Positions 48,876-59,500 of a stretch of DNA of 64,000 nucleotides are shown in pieces (position 1 is the stretch's first letter; the number at the start of each line of letters is the position of its first letter). This DNA is from an uncultured Pseudomonadota bacterium. GTDB taxonomy: Bacteria > Oederibacteriota > Muellerivitia > Muellerivitales > Muellerivitaceae. A program made the position numbers and the translations under genes. The notes under the pieces are model-generated. The model had not been told where the DNA came from, searched no databases, and saw only the letters and a program-made list of their open reading frames with translations. The stretch lies in assembly GCA_963770835.1 (NCBI GenBank), contig CAVYRH010000026.1, forward strand, positions 480,001 through 544,000, given 5' to 3'.

Positions 48876-50963
48876 ATGAATCTTTTTACCAATCCGGCTT
48901 TTCGCGGCAGGGTTCTCTTGGGGTTCCTGCTGGTCTGGCTGGGATTGGTTTTCGGCCATTATTTCCCCCTGAAAACAGCGTTCGATTTATCGTTCCTTTC
49001 CACTGTCGTTTCGACTTTTTCCCAATCAGATTTAAGCAAGCTAGCGGGGAATTGGCTCAACTTCCTCAAAAACTTTTTTTGCGCTGTGGCTGTTGGCTTC
49101 GTACTGTGGCGGCTGGGGCGAAATCTATTACGTTGGATAAAACTGGAGGAAACCGGTATCGCCCTGCGGTTTTGTATGGAAATAGCTTTTGGAATCGTCG
49201 GCGTCAACATCCTATGGCTGGGATTGGGGTTGAATGGGCTTTGGTTTGACCCGCTTTTATGGACAATCGCCGTGGTTTTGATGGGTTGGGCCTTTTGGGA
49301 TTTTTCCCGGAATTTCCTCAAAATTCAAAAGTTCCCAAAGCTTCCCAAGCCGGGAAGATTTTTCCTCCTCCTCGGGATTTTAGGGGCGCTGGGTTTGGCC
49401 CTGGATATCCTCCAAGGCGTGGCACCGGACGTTTATTTCGACGCCCTGGTTTACCACCTTTCCACGCTCCAATTCTGGAAGTTCCACCACGGCATCGCCG
49501 ATTTCTACACCAACCTTTATTCTTATTTTCCCTTTGGGGCGGAGCTTTATTTCGGGAACGGTTTTTTCTTCGCGGGGAGCGAGGTGGCCAAGCTGTTGAA
49601 CGCTTTTTCCGCCGGCCTTTGCGGTTTGGCGGCGGCGGGGTGGGCGGCGAAAGAAACGGGGGCGGACCGGGGCCTGCTGGTTTGGGCCATGGTGTTGACC
49701 CTGCCCCTGGTTTCAGCCACGGTTTGGACTACCCAGAATGACGTTTTTCTCGCCTTCCTACTGGTCCTCTTTTTTTATGCCCTGGTCCGTTGGCTTCAAG
49801 GTCCGAAGAATGGCCCTTGGGCCCTTGCCGCCGGGCTTTTGGGCGGAGCAGCGTTAACTGTCAAGTACACGGCGGTAGTAGGTGTTGCCGCGGGCCTATT
49901 CGTAACAGCCTTCAGCTTCAGGACAGAGGCTTTTAAGCGGACAAAAAGCAGGGGGTGGATTCTTATCTTTTTCCTCGTGGCTTTTTCCATAACTCCCTGG
50001 CTTTTGAAAAACATTGTCTTTACTGGTAATGGGGTTTATCCTTATTTCTCATCGGTGTTTGGCGGAAAAGCCCTGCCGGCTGAAAACATGAAGGCCCTCA
50101 TGGGCGATCATGAGGCTGTATGGAACGGTTCCTTTTCGCTGGGGACTTGGATTGCCCGGGTCCTGGGAAAAGACATGGATAAAACCATCGCCCCCCTTCT
50201 TTTCGGTTTTCTGCCCTTCTTATTCCTCGGAGGCAAGCGGCGGCCTATCACCCGTTACCTACTTTTGCTCAGCGCTTTGCTCCTGCTATCCGGCTTCCTC
50301 ATCTCCCACCAGCTCCGGTTGCTGATTCCCGCCCTTATCCTGAGTTTCGTCGCGATGGCGCTGGTCTTGGGGGATACCCGCCGGAAAGAAGCGACACCCT
50401 TTTGGGGGGGAGTGGCGACGATCTTCGCGATCTTAAGCCTTCTTTCCCTCGGCCGACTGAGTGCGAACTATTACCAGACGGATCATCTTTGGCTGGGAGA
50501 AACAAGCCAGTATGAATATTTGACCAAGGCTCCCCAAACCCAATCCTATTTCTGGATGGCCCGGGCGGTAGACCGCTTCGTTTCCGGACAGGTGCTCGTC
50601 CTCGGGGATGCCCGGGGGCTTTATTACACCAATCCGGTCCTCACCAACAGCGTTTTCGACGAACAGGTTTTTCAAAAACTGGCCCGAACGGAAAAAGACG
50701 GAGATGGTATCCGGAAAAAACTCAAGGAGATGGGAGTGGATGCGGTCGTTATCTCAGGGGATGAAGAGAAGCGGCTTTCCGCCCAGAACCCATTTTATGT
50801 TTTGGATGCGGCCGGGGAAGGTAAATGGCGGGAATTCCTGCAACGTTGGACAGATCCCATGTTTTGGGACGGCAATTGCTGCCTGTACCGGGTCCGTTCC
50901 ACTCCAGCGGGTTCACGGCCAGCGGCGCCGGATTTCTTAAAGGTTTTTGAAACAAACCCTTAA
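48876..50963 (+). CDS. Multi-TM glycosyltransferase-like protein (GT-C/ArnT-like)
   Basis: Many TM helices; DALVYHL, ND, KYT, TGNGVYPY motifs. Confidence 0.65.
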   Translation: MNLFTNPAFRGRVLLGFLLVWLGLVFGHYFPLKTAFDLSFLSTVVSTFSQSDLSKLAGNWLNFLKNFFCAVAVGFVLWRLGRNLLRWIKLEETGIALRFCMEIAFGIVGVNILWLGLGLNGLWFDPLLWTIAVVLMGWAFWDFSRNFLKIQKFPKLPKPGRFFLLLGILGALGLALDILQGVAPDVYFDALVYHLSTLQFWKFHHGIADFYTNLYSYFPFGAELYFGNGFFFAGSEVAKLLNAFSAGLCGLAAAGWAAKETGADRGLLVWAMVLTLPLVSATVWTTQNDVFLAFLLVLFFYALVRWLQGPKNGPWALAAGLLGGAALTVKYTAVVGVAAGLFVTAFSFRTEAFKRTKSRGWILIFFLVAFSITPWLLKNIVFTGNGVYPYFSSVFGGKALPAENMKALMGDHEAVWNGSFSLGTWIARVLGKDMDKTIAPLLFGFLPFLFLGGKRRPITRYLLLLSALLLLSGFLISHQLRLLIPALILSFVAMALVLGDTRRKEATPFWGGVATIFAILSLLSLGRLSANYYQTDHLWLGETSQYEYLTKAPQTQSYFWMARAVDRFVSGQVLVLGDARGLYYTNPVLTNSVFDEQVFQKLARTEKDGDGIRKKLKEMGVDAVVISGDEEKRLSAQNPFYVLDAAGEGKWREFLQRWTDPMFWDGNCCLYRVRSTPAGSRPAAPDFLKVFETNP

Positions 50964-51039
50964 CCCCGAAATAGTAGGGGGAATTCCATTTCTGCATTAT
51001 CATAAAGGCCGATTTCAAAATCTTGGGACAGGTGAACCC

Positions 51040-52392
51040 ATGGCCATTCCTTTAGTGGCGGTCATTCTGGCGGCGGGTGACAGTACCCGCATGAACTCCA
51101 AAACCCCCAAGGTCCTCCACCCGGTGGCGGGGCAGCCCATGATCGAATATGCCCTTCAAAACGCCGAGGCCCTTTCCCCTTCCAAAATCCACGTGGTGGT
51201 CGGGGCCCAATCCCAGGAAGTTTCCCGCTACTTGGGGAAAAGGGCCGTCCCTTTCCTCCAAAAAAAGAGGCTCGGTACCGGCCACGCCGTGGCCCAGCTT
51301 TTGCCCCGGTTGAAATCCTTCAGGGGCCATGTGCTCATCCTTTACGCGGACGCCTGCCTGGTACGCCCCCAGACCGTCGTGGCCTTACGCCAATTCCACC
51401 TGTTGCAAAACGCCGCCGCCACCCTTTTGACTGCCCGGGTGGAGGAACCTTTCGGTTATGGGCGCATCGTCCGGGGCGACGGAGGGGAATTGGAAAGAAT
51501 CGTGGAGGAGACGGAAGCCACCGAGGAGGAGAGGCACATCAACGAAATCAACGGCGGCGTTTATCTTTTCAAATCCGAGGTCCTGGCTCCCGCCTTGAAA
51601 AACATCAAGCCCAAAAAAGGGAACAAGGAATATTACCTACCCGACGCCATTCCCCAAGTACTGGCGCGGGGGGGGAAGGTTCACGCCCTCATGGTGCCGG
51701 ACCGAACCGAAGTCCTGGGCGTCAACAACCGCGACCAAATGGCCCGAGCCCACCGGCTTTGGAACCTGCGGCGCGTGGAAGAGCACCAGCGCAACGGAGT
51801 GGCTTTCCTGAATGCTAAAACGGTCGAGATCGGGCCCCGCGTGACCATTGCCCGGGACACGGTCATCGAGGGCGGCGTCAAGCTGTCGGGGGATACGGCT
51901 GTCGACGAGGATTGCCGGATTGAATCCGGCAGCGTCATCGAATCCTCCCAGCTAGGGTGGGGGGTGGTGGTGCGCTCGTCGCGCATCATGGAAAGCCGGT
52001 TGGCGGATGGCTGCGACGCGGGGCCCTTTGCCCACGTGCGGGGTGGATGCGAATTGGGGAAAGGCGTACACGTGGGGACGAATACGGAACTCAAGAACGT
52101 CCGGATCGGTACCGGAAGCAAGGTGGGACATTTCTCCTACGTGGGGGACGCGGTTTTAGGAAAGGACGTCAATGTCGGTGCCGGCTGTGTTTTCGCCAAC
52201 TTTGACGGCAAAAACAAACACGAGTGCCGGGTTGGCGACAAGGTTTTCTTGGGAAGCAATTCCACCCTTGTCGCGCCGGTAATGATCGGCACCAAGGCGG
52301 TTGTCGGGGCTGGGGCTGTTGTCACGCGGAATGTGCCCGCAGGAGTGACGGTTGTTGGTGTTCCGGCAAAACCTTTCCCAAGAAAAAAATGA
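51040..52392 (+). CDS. glmU: Bifunctional UDP-GlcNAc pyrophosphorylase/glucosamine-1-P acetyltransferase
   Basis: LAAGDSTRMNS..PKVLH, LGTGHAV, GYGRI, EYYLPD, hexapeptide repeats. Confidence 0.97.
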   Translation: MAIPLVAVILAAGDSTRMNSKTPKVLHPVAGQPMIEYALQNAEALSPSKIHVVVGAQSQEVSRYLGKRAVPFLQKKRLGTGHAVAQLLPRLKSFRGHVLILYADACLVRPQTVVALRQFHLLQNAAATLLTARVEEPFGYGRIVRGDGGELERIVEETEATEEERHINEINGGVYLFKSEVLAPALKNIKPKKGNKEYYLPDAIPQVLARGGKVHALMVPDRTEVLGVNNRDQMARAHRLWNLRRVEEHQRNGVAFLNAKTVEIGPRVTIARDTVIEGGVKLSGDTAVDEDCRIESGSVIESSQLGWGVVVRSSRIMESRLADGCDAGPFAHVRGGCELGKGVHVGTNTELKNVRIGTGSKVGHFSYVGDAVLGKDVNVGAGCVFANFDGKNKHECRVGDKVFLGSNSTLVAPVMIGTKAVVGAGAVVTRNVPAGVTVVGVPAKPFPRKK

Positions 52393-52550
52393 AGGGCGAA
52401 GATTAAAACGTCTTGGTTGCCGCTTTGTTTCATTTGTGGTAAAAGATTGCCTCCGGTTTTCTCCAACACACTCTCCGACATCCTCGTCGCCTGGTTTCGA
52501 ATTGAAGGGTTATTCACCTTTTTGATGTCGGAAAACTAAAAGGAGCCATC

Positions 52551-53516
52551 ATGAGTCCGAAGGGCGTGGGGCCGAATGGGATGAAAATCTTTTGCGGGAC
52601 GGCCAATCCAGATCTGGCGAAGGATATCGCCAAGGCCCTCAATATTCCCCTGGGCGAGATCATGGTCAGCCGTTTTTCCGAGGGGGAAATCCGCGTCAAG
52701 ATCAACGAAGACGTCCGGGGCCGCGACATCTTCCTCATCCAGCCCACCTGCCCGCCCGTGAATGACAACGTCATCGAGCTTCTCATTATCCTGGACGCTT
52801 TCCGCCGGGCTTCCGCGCGGCGCATCACCGCTGTCCTCCCTTATTACGGCTACGCGCGGCAGGACCGCAAGGATCAGCCACGGGTGCCCATTACCGCCAA
52901 GCTGATGGCCAACATTATTACCGAGGCGGGGGCGGACCGGGTCCTGACAATGGACCTGCACGCCCAGCAGATACAGGGTTTTTTTGACATCCCCCTGGAT
53001 CACCTCTATGCCTTTCCGGTCATCGCCTCCCACTTCCGCAAGAAAAAGCTCAAAAACCTCACCGTGGTCTCGCCCGACGTGGGCGGCATTAAGATGGCCC
53101 GCGCCTACGCCAAGGGCCTGGACGCCGACCTAGCCATCGTGGACAAGCGCCGCACCGGCCCCAACGAGGTGGAGGCCATGAACCTGATCGGCGAGGTCAA
53201 GGGCCGCACGGTCCTCGTCCCGGACGACATGATCGCCACAGCGGGCTCGCTGGTGGAGGCCGTCAACGCCCTGGTCAAGTTCGGGGCGGGGGATATCTAC
53301 GCCTCCTGCACCCACGCCATTTTGTCGGGGAACGCCGTGGATAAGCTCAAAAAATCGGTCTTGAAAGAAGTCGTGGTTACGGATACCATTCCTATCCCCC
53401 GGGAGAAGCGGATCGATAAACTCACCGTCCTCCCGGTGGCCCCCCTTTTCGGGGAGGCGATCCTTCGAATCCACAACGAAGAGTCCATCAGTTCGTTGTT
53501 CAACGATGTGATCTAA
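52551..53516 (+). CDS. prs: Ribose-phosphate pyrophosphokinase
   Basis: PYYGYARQDRK, DLHAQQIQGFF, SPDVGG, DDMIATAGS. Confidence 0.98.
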   Translation: MSPKGVGPNGMKIFCGTANPDLAKDIAKALNIPLGEIMVSRFSEGEIRVKINEDVRGRDIFLIQPTCPPVNDNVIELLIILDAFRRASARRITAVLPYYGYARQDRKDQPRVPITAKLMANIITEAGADRVLTMDLHAQQIQGFFDIPLDHLYAFPVIASHFRKKKLKNLTVVSPDVGGIKMARAYAKGLDADLAIVDKRRTGPNEVEAMNLIGEVKGRTVLVPDDMIATAGSLVEAVNALVKFGAGDIYASCTHAILSGNAVDKLKKSVLKEVVVTDTIPIPREKRIDKLTVLPVAPLFGEAILRIHNEESISSLFNDVI

Positions 53517-53536
53517 ATAAAAACTAAAAAAAGAAA

Positions 53537-53579
53537 CTTGGGTTCCGTGATTGCTGCGTCCGCGCGGTTACGCCCCAAG
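53537..53579 (+). promoter_or_regulatory. Candidate L25 leader hairpin
   Basis: cttggg-ttc-cgtgattgc...gcggttacg-c-cccaag immediately before the rplY RBS. Confidence 0.45.
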
Positions 53580-53592
53580 CGGGAGTCGAGCC

Positions 53593-54345
53593 ATGAAGCA
53601 GGTACCATTAGCCGCCAAAATTAGGACCATCCGGGGCAGCAGCCGCACGCGCCGCCTGCGGGCCGGGGGATTCATCCCCGCAGAGGTCTACGGGCATCAA
53701 GAACCCAACCAGTCCATCGAAGTCAATGAGAAGGAACTGACCCTCATCCTGGCCTCGGCCAAGGGCGACAACATTTTCTTCGCTTTGAACATCGAGGGGG
53801 CCAAGAGCAACGAACCGGTCCTGGCGGTCATCAAGGAAATCCAATACCACAAAATCAACAGCCGGGTGCTTCACGCGGACTTCCATAAAGTGAAGATGAA
53901 CGAGAAGATCCGCATCAGGATCCCCATCCGCATCCAAAACGCCGACACTTGCGAGGGCGTGAAGGAGGGTGGTGTGCTGCAGTCCTTCCTGCGCAGCCTG
54001 GAAGTCCAATGCTTGCCGACCCAGATACCGGATGCGATCCCCGTGGACGCGGCCCACTTGGCCGTCGGCCATTCGGTGCACGTATCCGACTTGAAACTGC
54101 CCGAGGGCGTCAAGGCTGTCATCCCCTCCGGCAACGTGGTAGTGTCCGTGGCCAAGCAGATGGCCGAGGAAGTCAAGGCTGTTGCGGCCCCCGTGGAAGG
54201 CGCCGCCGCCGCGCCTGTCGCCGGTGCTGGGGAGCCGGAAGTCATCACGGCCAAGAAGAAAGAAGAAGGCGAAGCCGGGGCCAAACCCGAAGCCGGGAAG
54301 GCAGACGCCAAAGCCGCCCCAGCCGCCAAGGCCGACAAGAAGTAA
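53593..54345 (+). CDS. rplY: 50S ribosomal protein L25/Ctc
   Basis: RRLRAGGFIPAEVYG, HADF, GVKEGGVL, HVSDL, PEVI. Confidence 0.96.
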   Translation: MKQVPLAAKIRTIRGSSRTRRLRAGGFIPAEVYGHQEPNQSIEVNEKELTLILASAKGDNIFFALNIEGAKSNEPVLAVIKEIQYHKINSRVLHADFHKVKMNEKIRIRIPIRIQNADTCEGVKEGGVLQSFLRSLEVQCLPTQIPDAIPVDAAHLAVGHSVHVSDLKLPEGVKAVIPSGNVVVSVAKQMAEEVKAVAAPVEGAAAAPVAGAGEPEVITAKKKEEGEAGAKPEAGKADAKAAPAAKADKK

Positions 54346-54367
54346 ACCGGGGTATCCCCCTGTTCCC

Positions 54368-54406
54368 GAGGCCATCCAGGATTATTCCTGGGTGGCTTCT
54401 TTTTTT
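54368..54406 (+). terminator. Terminator-like hairpin between rplY and pth
   Basis: gaggccatccagga-ttat-tcctgggtggcttc followed by a T tract. Confidence 0.65.
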
Positions 54407-54417
54407 CGAGGCGACCC

Positions 54418-54993
54418 ATGTCCCCTGAAAACTGGCTGGTCGTGGGCCTGGGCAACCCAGGCGAAAACTACCGCTTCACCCGCCACAACGTGGGTTTCCG
54501 GGTGGTGGAAGCCCTCGTCTTGAAACGCAACGTCACCCTGCGCGAGAAGGACGAGGCCATCTTCGGCGGCTACTCCCTGGAAGGCCACGAGATCTTCCTC
54601 TTTTTCCCCCAAACCTTCATGAACGAATCAGGCCGGGCGGTGGCGCCCTTCGCCCGCTACCGCAACATCCCCGTCGAAAGAATCCTGGCCGTCTCCGACG
54701 ACCTGGACCTGCCTGTTGGAAAAATCCGCTTGAGACCCTCCGGCGGATCGGGGGGACACCATGGGTTGGATTCCCTGATCGCCCACCTAGGAAGCTCCGC
54801 TTTTCCCCGGCTCCGCATCGGCATCAGCAAACCTCCTTCACCCACCGAGGGCGCAAACCACGTTTTGGCGACCTTCACCCCCGAAGAAAAACCCAAGATG
54901 GAACAAGCCGTTGAACGGTCGCGGGACGGGGTCGAAACCTTTATACTGAAGGGGCCTGAAACCGGGATGAACGAGCTAAACCATGATGCCTAA
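54418..54993 (+). CDS. pth: Peptidyl-tRNA hydrolase
   Basis: VGLGNPG, TRHNVGF, PQTFMNESG, DDLDLP, GGHHGL, RLRIGI. Confidence 0.97.
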   Translation: MSPENWLVVGLGNPGENYRFTRHNVGFRVVEALVLKRNVTLREKDEAIFGGYSLEGHEIFLFFPQTFMNESGRAVAPFARYRNIPVERILAVSDDLDLPVGKIRLRPSGGSGGHHGLDSLIAHLGSSAFPRLRIGISKPPSPTEGANHVLATFTPEEKPKMEQAVERSRDGVETFILKGPETGMNELNHDA

Positions 54994-55330
54994 AGTTAAA
55001 ATCCTCAATGTTCTTATCTGCCTCTTTGGGATGGCCCTGATGGGACGCATTTCAACCGTTTGGGCCGGGGAAAGCGGATCCTCCGCAACCTCATCGAAGG
55101 ATAGCTTGGAAAGTTCTGATACGGACGTGGACAAGGAAGTGGACAACGGCACGGACGACGACAAAAGCGACGCCAGTACGGACTCTAGCAAATTCCAAAA
55201 AGATTTGGACGACACCTATGACGATACCTCGGCGGATAAGGACGACTCCTACGACTCCAAATTCAAGCAAGACCAGGATAAAGACGACAAGGACACCGAT
55301 GTTTCTGATGGTACTTCGGATAACGGCTAA
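54983..55330 (+). CDS. Exported highly acidic (Asp/Ser-rich) low-complexity protein
   Basis: Signal peptide (..VWA) followed by D/S/K/T-rich sequence. Confidence 0.6.
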   Translation: MMPKVKILNVLICLFGMALMGRISTVWAGESGSSATSSKDSLESSDTDVDKEVDNGTDDDKSDASTDSSKFQKDLDDTYDDTSADKDDSYDSKFKQDQDKDDKDTDVSDGTSDNG

Positions 55331-55516
55331 TCAAGCCCGACTCTTTTTTTACTCAAATTCGTGAGATGTTCAATCCCAAGTTAAACCCTCCTGATGGATC
55401 GCTTTTTTCCCTGGAATTCTTTACCATGAATTTGGTCGGAAGATTTTGGCCCAAAATGAAGGCCCAGACGTCTAAACCATTGGCCAAATGGCTCATTTTC
55501 CCTGGGGAGGTTTCTC

Positions 55517-56509
55517 ATGAAAGTTAAAGCCGGCTTTTATCCCATCCTGGCGGCTTTGCTTGCCTTATGGCCCCGCCCCTCAGACGCCGTGGACGACTCG
55601 GCGGCCAACTTGGTTGCCGAAGGTGGTATCAACCTCACCCAAATGACCGATGCCCTCAACCGGAAATACCCCAAGGAAAAGGAAGCCTTTTGGAACGTCT
55701 CGGGTATCGCCTACCATGATTTTTCCGGGGCTCCCCAGTCGGACGTCATCGTCGGCTTGTCCGGTTACCGCGACAAGGGCATGGTCTATAACAATGAAAA
55801 GCAACTGGTGGAGGACGCGGGGGCTGGGTTCGCTTATTTTCACCTCGAAAAGGACGAATGGAAGCTCCGGCAGGTGGAACTCGTGGAAGGAAAGCGATAC
55901 GAGGGTTTCGAGGGGGCCAATCTCATGGGATCGGGGGGAGACCAGTTGGTGATCTATACCTCCGACGGCAAGAAACAAATCGCCGCCGTCTACGGGATCG
56001 GAAAAAACAGGAACTTCGCCAAAATCGCGGTCATCACTGGCTACGGCTTGGGGCCGAGGGTAGCTTCAGAATCGGGCAAGCCCCTCATGGTGGATTTTCA
56101 ACCCGCTCTCATCAACAACCAGGACGACTGGGCCATTTATTTCGGAAGGGCTTATCCTTGGGACGGCAAAAAGTTCGTGAAACAAAACGACGATTTCCTT
56201 GACCATGTACAGGCCTTCGACCCGTTCCACTCCACGCCGGATGAAACCACTCAGGAGCTGGCTTTCTTTGAGGGCTATCTTTCAACCCATCCCGATGATT
56301 TTTGCACCCTGGCCAATTGTTATGAGCTCAGCAGCCGGATGGGTTTGAAGGAAAAAGCGGATGGATACCGAAAGAAACTGGCCCATGGGGACAGTTCCAT
56401 CGACTGCAAATATTGCGACGAATGGTTGATGGACAAGAACAAGGCGGGCCAGGAAGTTTATCTGGACGAAATCCTCGGCAAAAAAAAGTTACCCAAAAAC
56501 CAAGAGTAA
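55517..56509 (+). CDS. Hypothetical exported protein
   Basis: GGAGG RBS, signal peptide, 330-aa ORF with typical codon use. Confidence 0.7.
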   Translation: MKVKAGFYPILAALLALWPRPSDAVDDSAANLVAEGGINLTQMTDALNRKYPKEKEAFWNVSGIAYHDFSGAPQSDVIVGLSGYRDKGMVYNNEKQLVEDAGAGFAYFHLEKDEWKLRQVELVEGKRYEGFEGANLMGSGGDQLVIYTSDGKKQIAAVYGIGKNRNFAKIAVITGYGLGPRVASESGKPLMVDFQPALINNQDDWAIYFGRAYPWDGKKFVKQNDDFLDHVQAFDPFHSTPDETTQELAFFEGYLSTHPDDFCTLANCYELSSRMGLKEKADGYRKKLAHGDSSIDCKYCDEWLMDKNKAGQEVYLDEILGKKKLPKNQE

Positions 56510-56584
56510 TCCCATCCCTTAACCGGTTTTTTCGCCCCCAAAACTTGAGAGCCTTCGCGCCCAACAGCCCTTCTTAAGTAAGCC

Positions 56585-59500
56585 CTACCGCTTCCGGTTT
56601 CTGGGCCTTAGTTTGGCGACTTTGTGGGATGGTTCATGATCCCCCTGGCCAATACCCTTGCCATGGTGTTCCTTGCGGCGTTCCAGGCCAGAAAAAAGGC
56701 TGTAAGCGCAGGGTACCACCACCAAGGTCAGGAGGGTCGAGAAGATGATCCCCCCAATGATGGCGACCGCCATAGGCTGGCGAAGTTCCGCGCCCGGGCC
56801 CAAGGCCATCGCGGCGGGCAAGGCCCCGGCCACCGTGGCCGAGGAAGTCATCAAAATGGCCCTTAAACGCACCGGACAAGCGTCCATCAGGGCCGCGTGA
56901 ACGTCCATGCCCTGGTGGCGCCGCTGGTTTGTGAAATCGACCAGCATGATGGAATTCTTCTTTACCAAACCCATCAGCAGGATGATCCCGATGATGCTGT
57001 AGATCCCCAGGCTTTGGGCAAAGAGCCACATCGAGAAGAAGGCCCCCGTCACTGAGAAGGGCAGGGCCAGCAGGATGACAACGGGGTGGATGAAACTGTT
57101 GAACTGGCTCGCCAAAACCATATAGGCCACCAAGATGCCCAGCGACATGACGAATATCAGCTGCGTCACTGAATCGGAGTTAGCCTGGGCGGAACCGGTC
57201 AACTGCACGTTATAACCCTCGGGCAGGATGCTCTTGCAGATGTTGACGGCTTCCTTGACCGCATCCTGTTGGGAGGTCCCGGCGCCCACCCCGGCCGTGA
57301 TGTAAACCGCCCTCTGGCGGTCATCGCGGAAAATCTGCTGGTAGGATGGCACCTGGACCAGGTCGGAAACGGCGGATATGGGGAGAACCTCGCCGCGGTT
57401 GTTGCGCACGTAAATCTGCTTGATCGCATCGGGACCCTTGCGCTGGTCCACGGGAACCCGGATGGCGATGGGGTTGTCGTGGCCGCCCTCGTGAAAATAA
57501 GTCCCCTCAAATTGGTAACCGCCGATGGTGGCGCTTACCACGCTTCCCAGGTCGTCCATGGCGACTCCCATAAGGGCGGCTTTGACACGGTTGGGAACAA
57601 TCCGCAATTCGGGCTGGCCGTCCAGGAAGTTGTCGTTATAGTCCGCCAATTTGGGGCTGGCGCGCATGGCCTTGCGGATTTTTTGAACGCAATCCGCCAG
57701 GGTGTCCCAGTCAGGGCCCATGACCATGAGTTCCACGGCGTAACCCTGGCCGGTGGACATACCCCTTTGGGAAAGATCCAGGCAGTAAACCTGCATGTCT
57801 GGCGAGACCTTGGCGATATTTTTACGCACCCAAGCCATGAACTCGAACTCCGTCAAGACCTGGGGAGTGGCTTTTCGCCACCAAGAGGTGATGAAGGCCA
57901 AAGGCCCGGTGGGCTTGAACTTCTCGGAGATATCTGCCTTGGGCCGGGCCCCGGGCTCTTTCATGGTGAGGAACATCACCGCCTGGTTGGGAGCCGAACC
58001 TCCGAACCCCCCCACGGGGGTGTAAATGTGCTTGATTTCACCCCTTGTTTTGACGATGGCCTCGCATTGGCGGACGATCTGGTCGGTGTGGTCCAGGGAA
58101 TAGGTGACGGGAAATTTCATGTTCACGATGAAGGCGCTTTGGTCGGTAGCAGGGCTGAAATTCACCGGGATGAGTTTCATCATAAAGAGGGAACCAGCGA
58201 AAACAAGGAACGAAGCCAGAACCACCTTCCATCGATTCTCCAAGGCCAACTGAAGAATCCGAGTGTAAGCCTTCCTCAACCGATCGAATTGGACATTAAC
58301 GAAATGGGCGAAACCGCTTTCCTTACCGCTTACGTGCACGAATTCACTGCAACGCATAGGGGTCAAGGTAATGGCTTCCAACAGGGAAATAAGCACGGCG
58401 CCCGAAAGGGTGACGCCGAATTGGAAGAAAAACTTGCCGATGATGCCCTGCATGAAGGCGATGGGCAAAAAGATGGCCACGATCGCGATGGAAGTGGCCA
58501 TGGCGGCAAAGGTGATCTCCCGTGCGCCCACCAGGGCGGCCTCGACTTGGCCCTCGCCTTTTTCCTGGTGGCGGACGATGTTTTCCAAAACCATGATGGC
58601 GTCGTCCACCACGACCCCGATGGAAAGGGAAAGGGCCATCAAGGTGAAGGTGTTGAGGTTGAAGCCGAAGAGACTCATGACCATGAAGGTCCCGAAGATC
58701 GAAGTGGGGATGGCCAGGAATACGTTGATGGTGGAGGACCAACTTCCCAGGAAAAGGAAACAGACACCCGCGGTCAGGAAAGTGGCCAGGAGGATGGTTA
58801 GTTCCAGCTCATGCACGTTGTCGGAAATGAACTTTGTGGTGTCGAAGTTGAGGTCCATGTGGTAGCCCTTGGGCAAGCCCTTGCGAACTTCCAGCATCCG
58901 GGCCTTGGCGGAGTTGCCGATATCCACGGCGTTGAATCCGTCCTGCATAACGATGCCCAAGCCCACGGCGGGAACTCCGTCGAAACGGGAAAGGCGGGTA
59001 ATGGGGGTCACGACGCCGTCCTCGATGGTGCCGATGTCCTTCAGGCGCGTCAGGGTATAGTTGGGGCTGCCTCCCCGGGTGATGACGGGAAGGTTGGCGA
59101 AATCGGGAACCGTATAGGCTTCGCCCATGACCCGGATGTTGTATTGGGTTAGGGGTGTTTCCAGGGACCCGGCGGGGGTTTCCATGTGCTGGTGCTGGAT
59201 AGTGTTGATGATGTCCTCGGCGGTCAGTTGCCGGGCGTTCATCTTATTGTTATCCACCCAGAAGTTGATCTCACGGTTCACAAAGCCGCCCAGGAAGACG
59301 TTGGCGACCCCGTTGAGGCTGGTGAACTTATCCTGGATGTGGTCGCGGCTGTAAAGCATCAGGTCCCGCAAGGTCAGCGGGGGGTCGGCGGTGACGGCGA
59401 ACCACAGAATGGGTGAGGCATTGGGGTTTTGCTTGCGGATGACCGGTGGAAAGACGTTGGTGGGAAGCTGTTTCTGAACCGAAAAGACCAGGGTTTGGAC

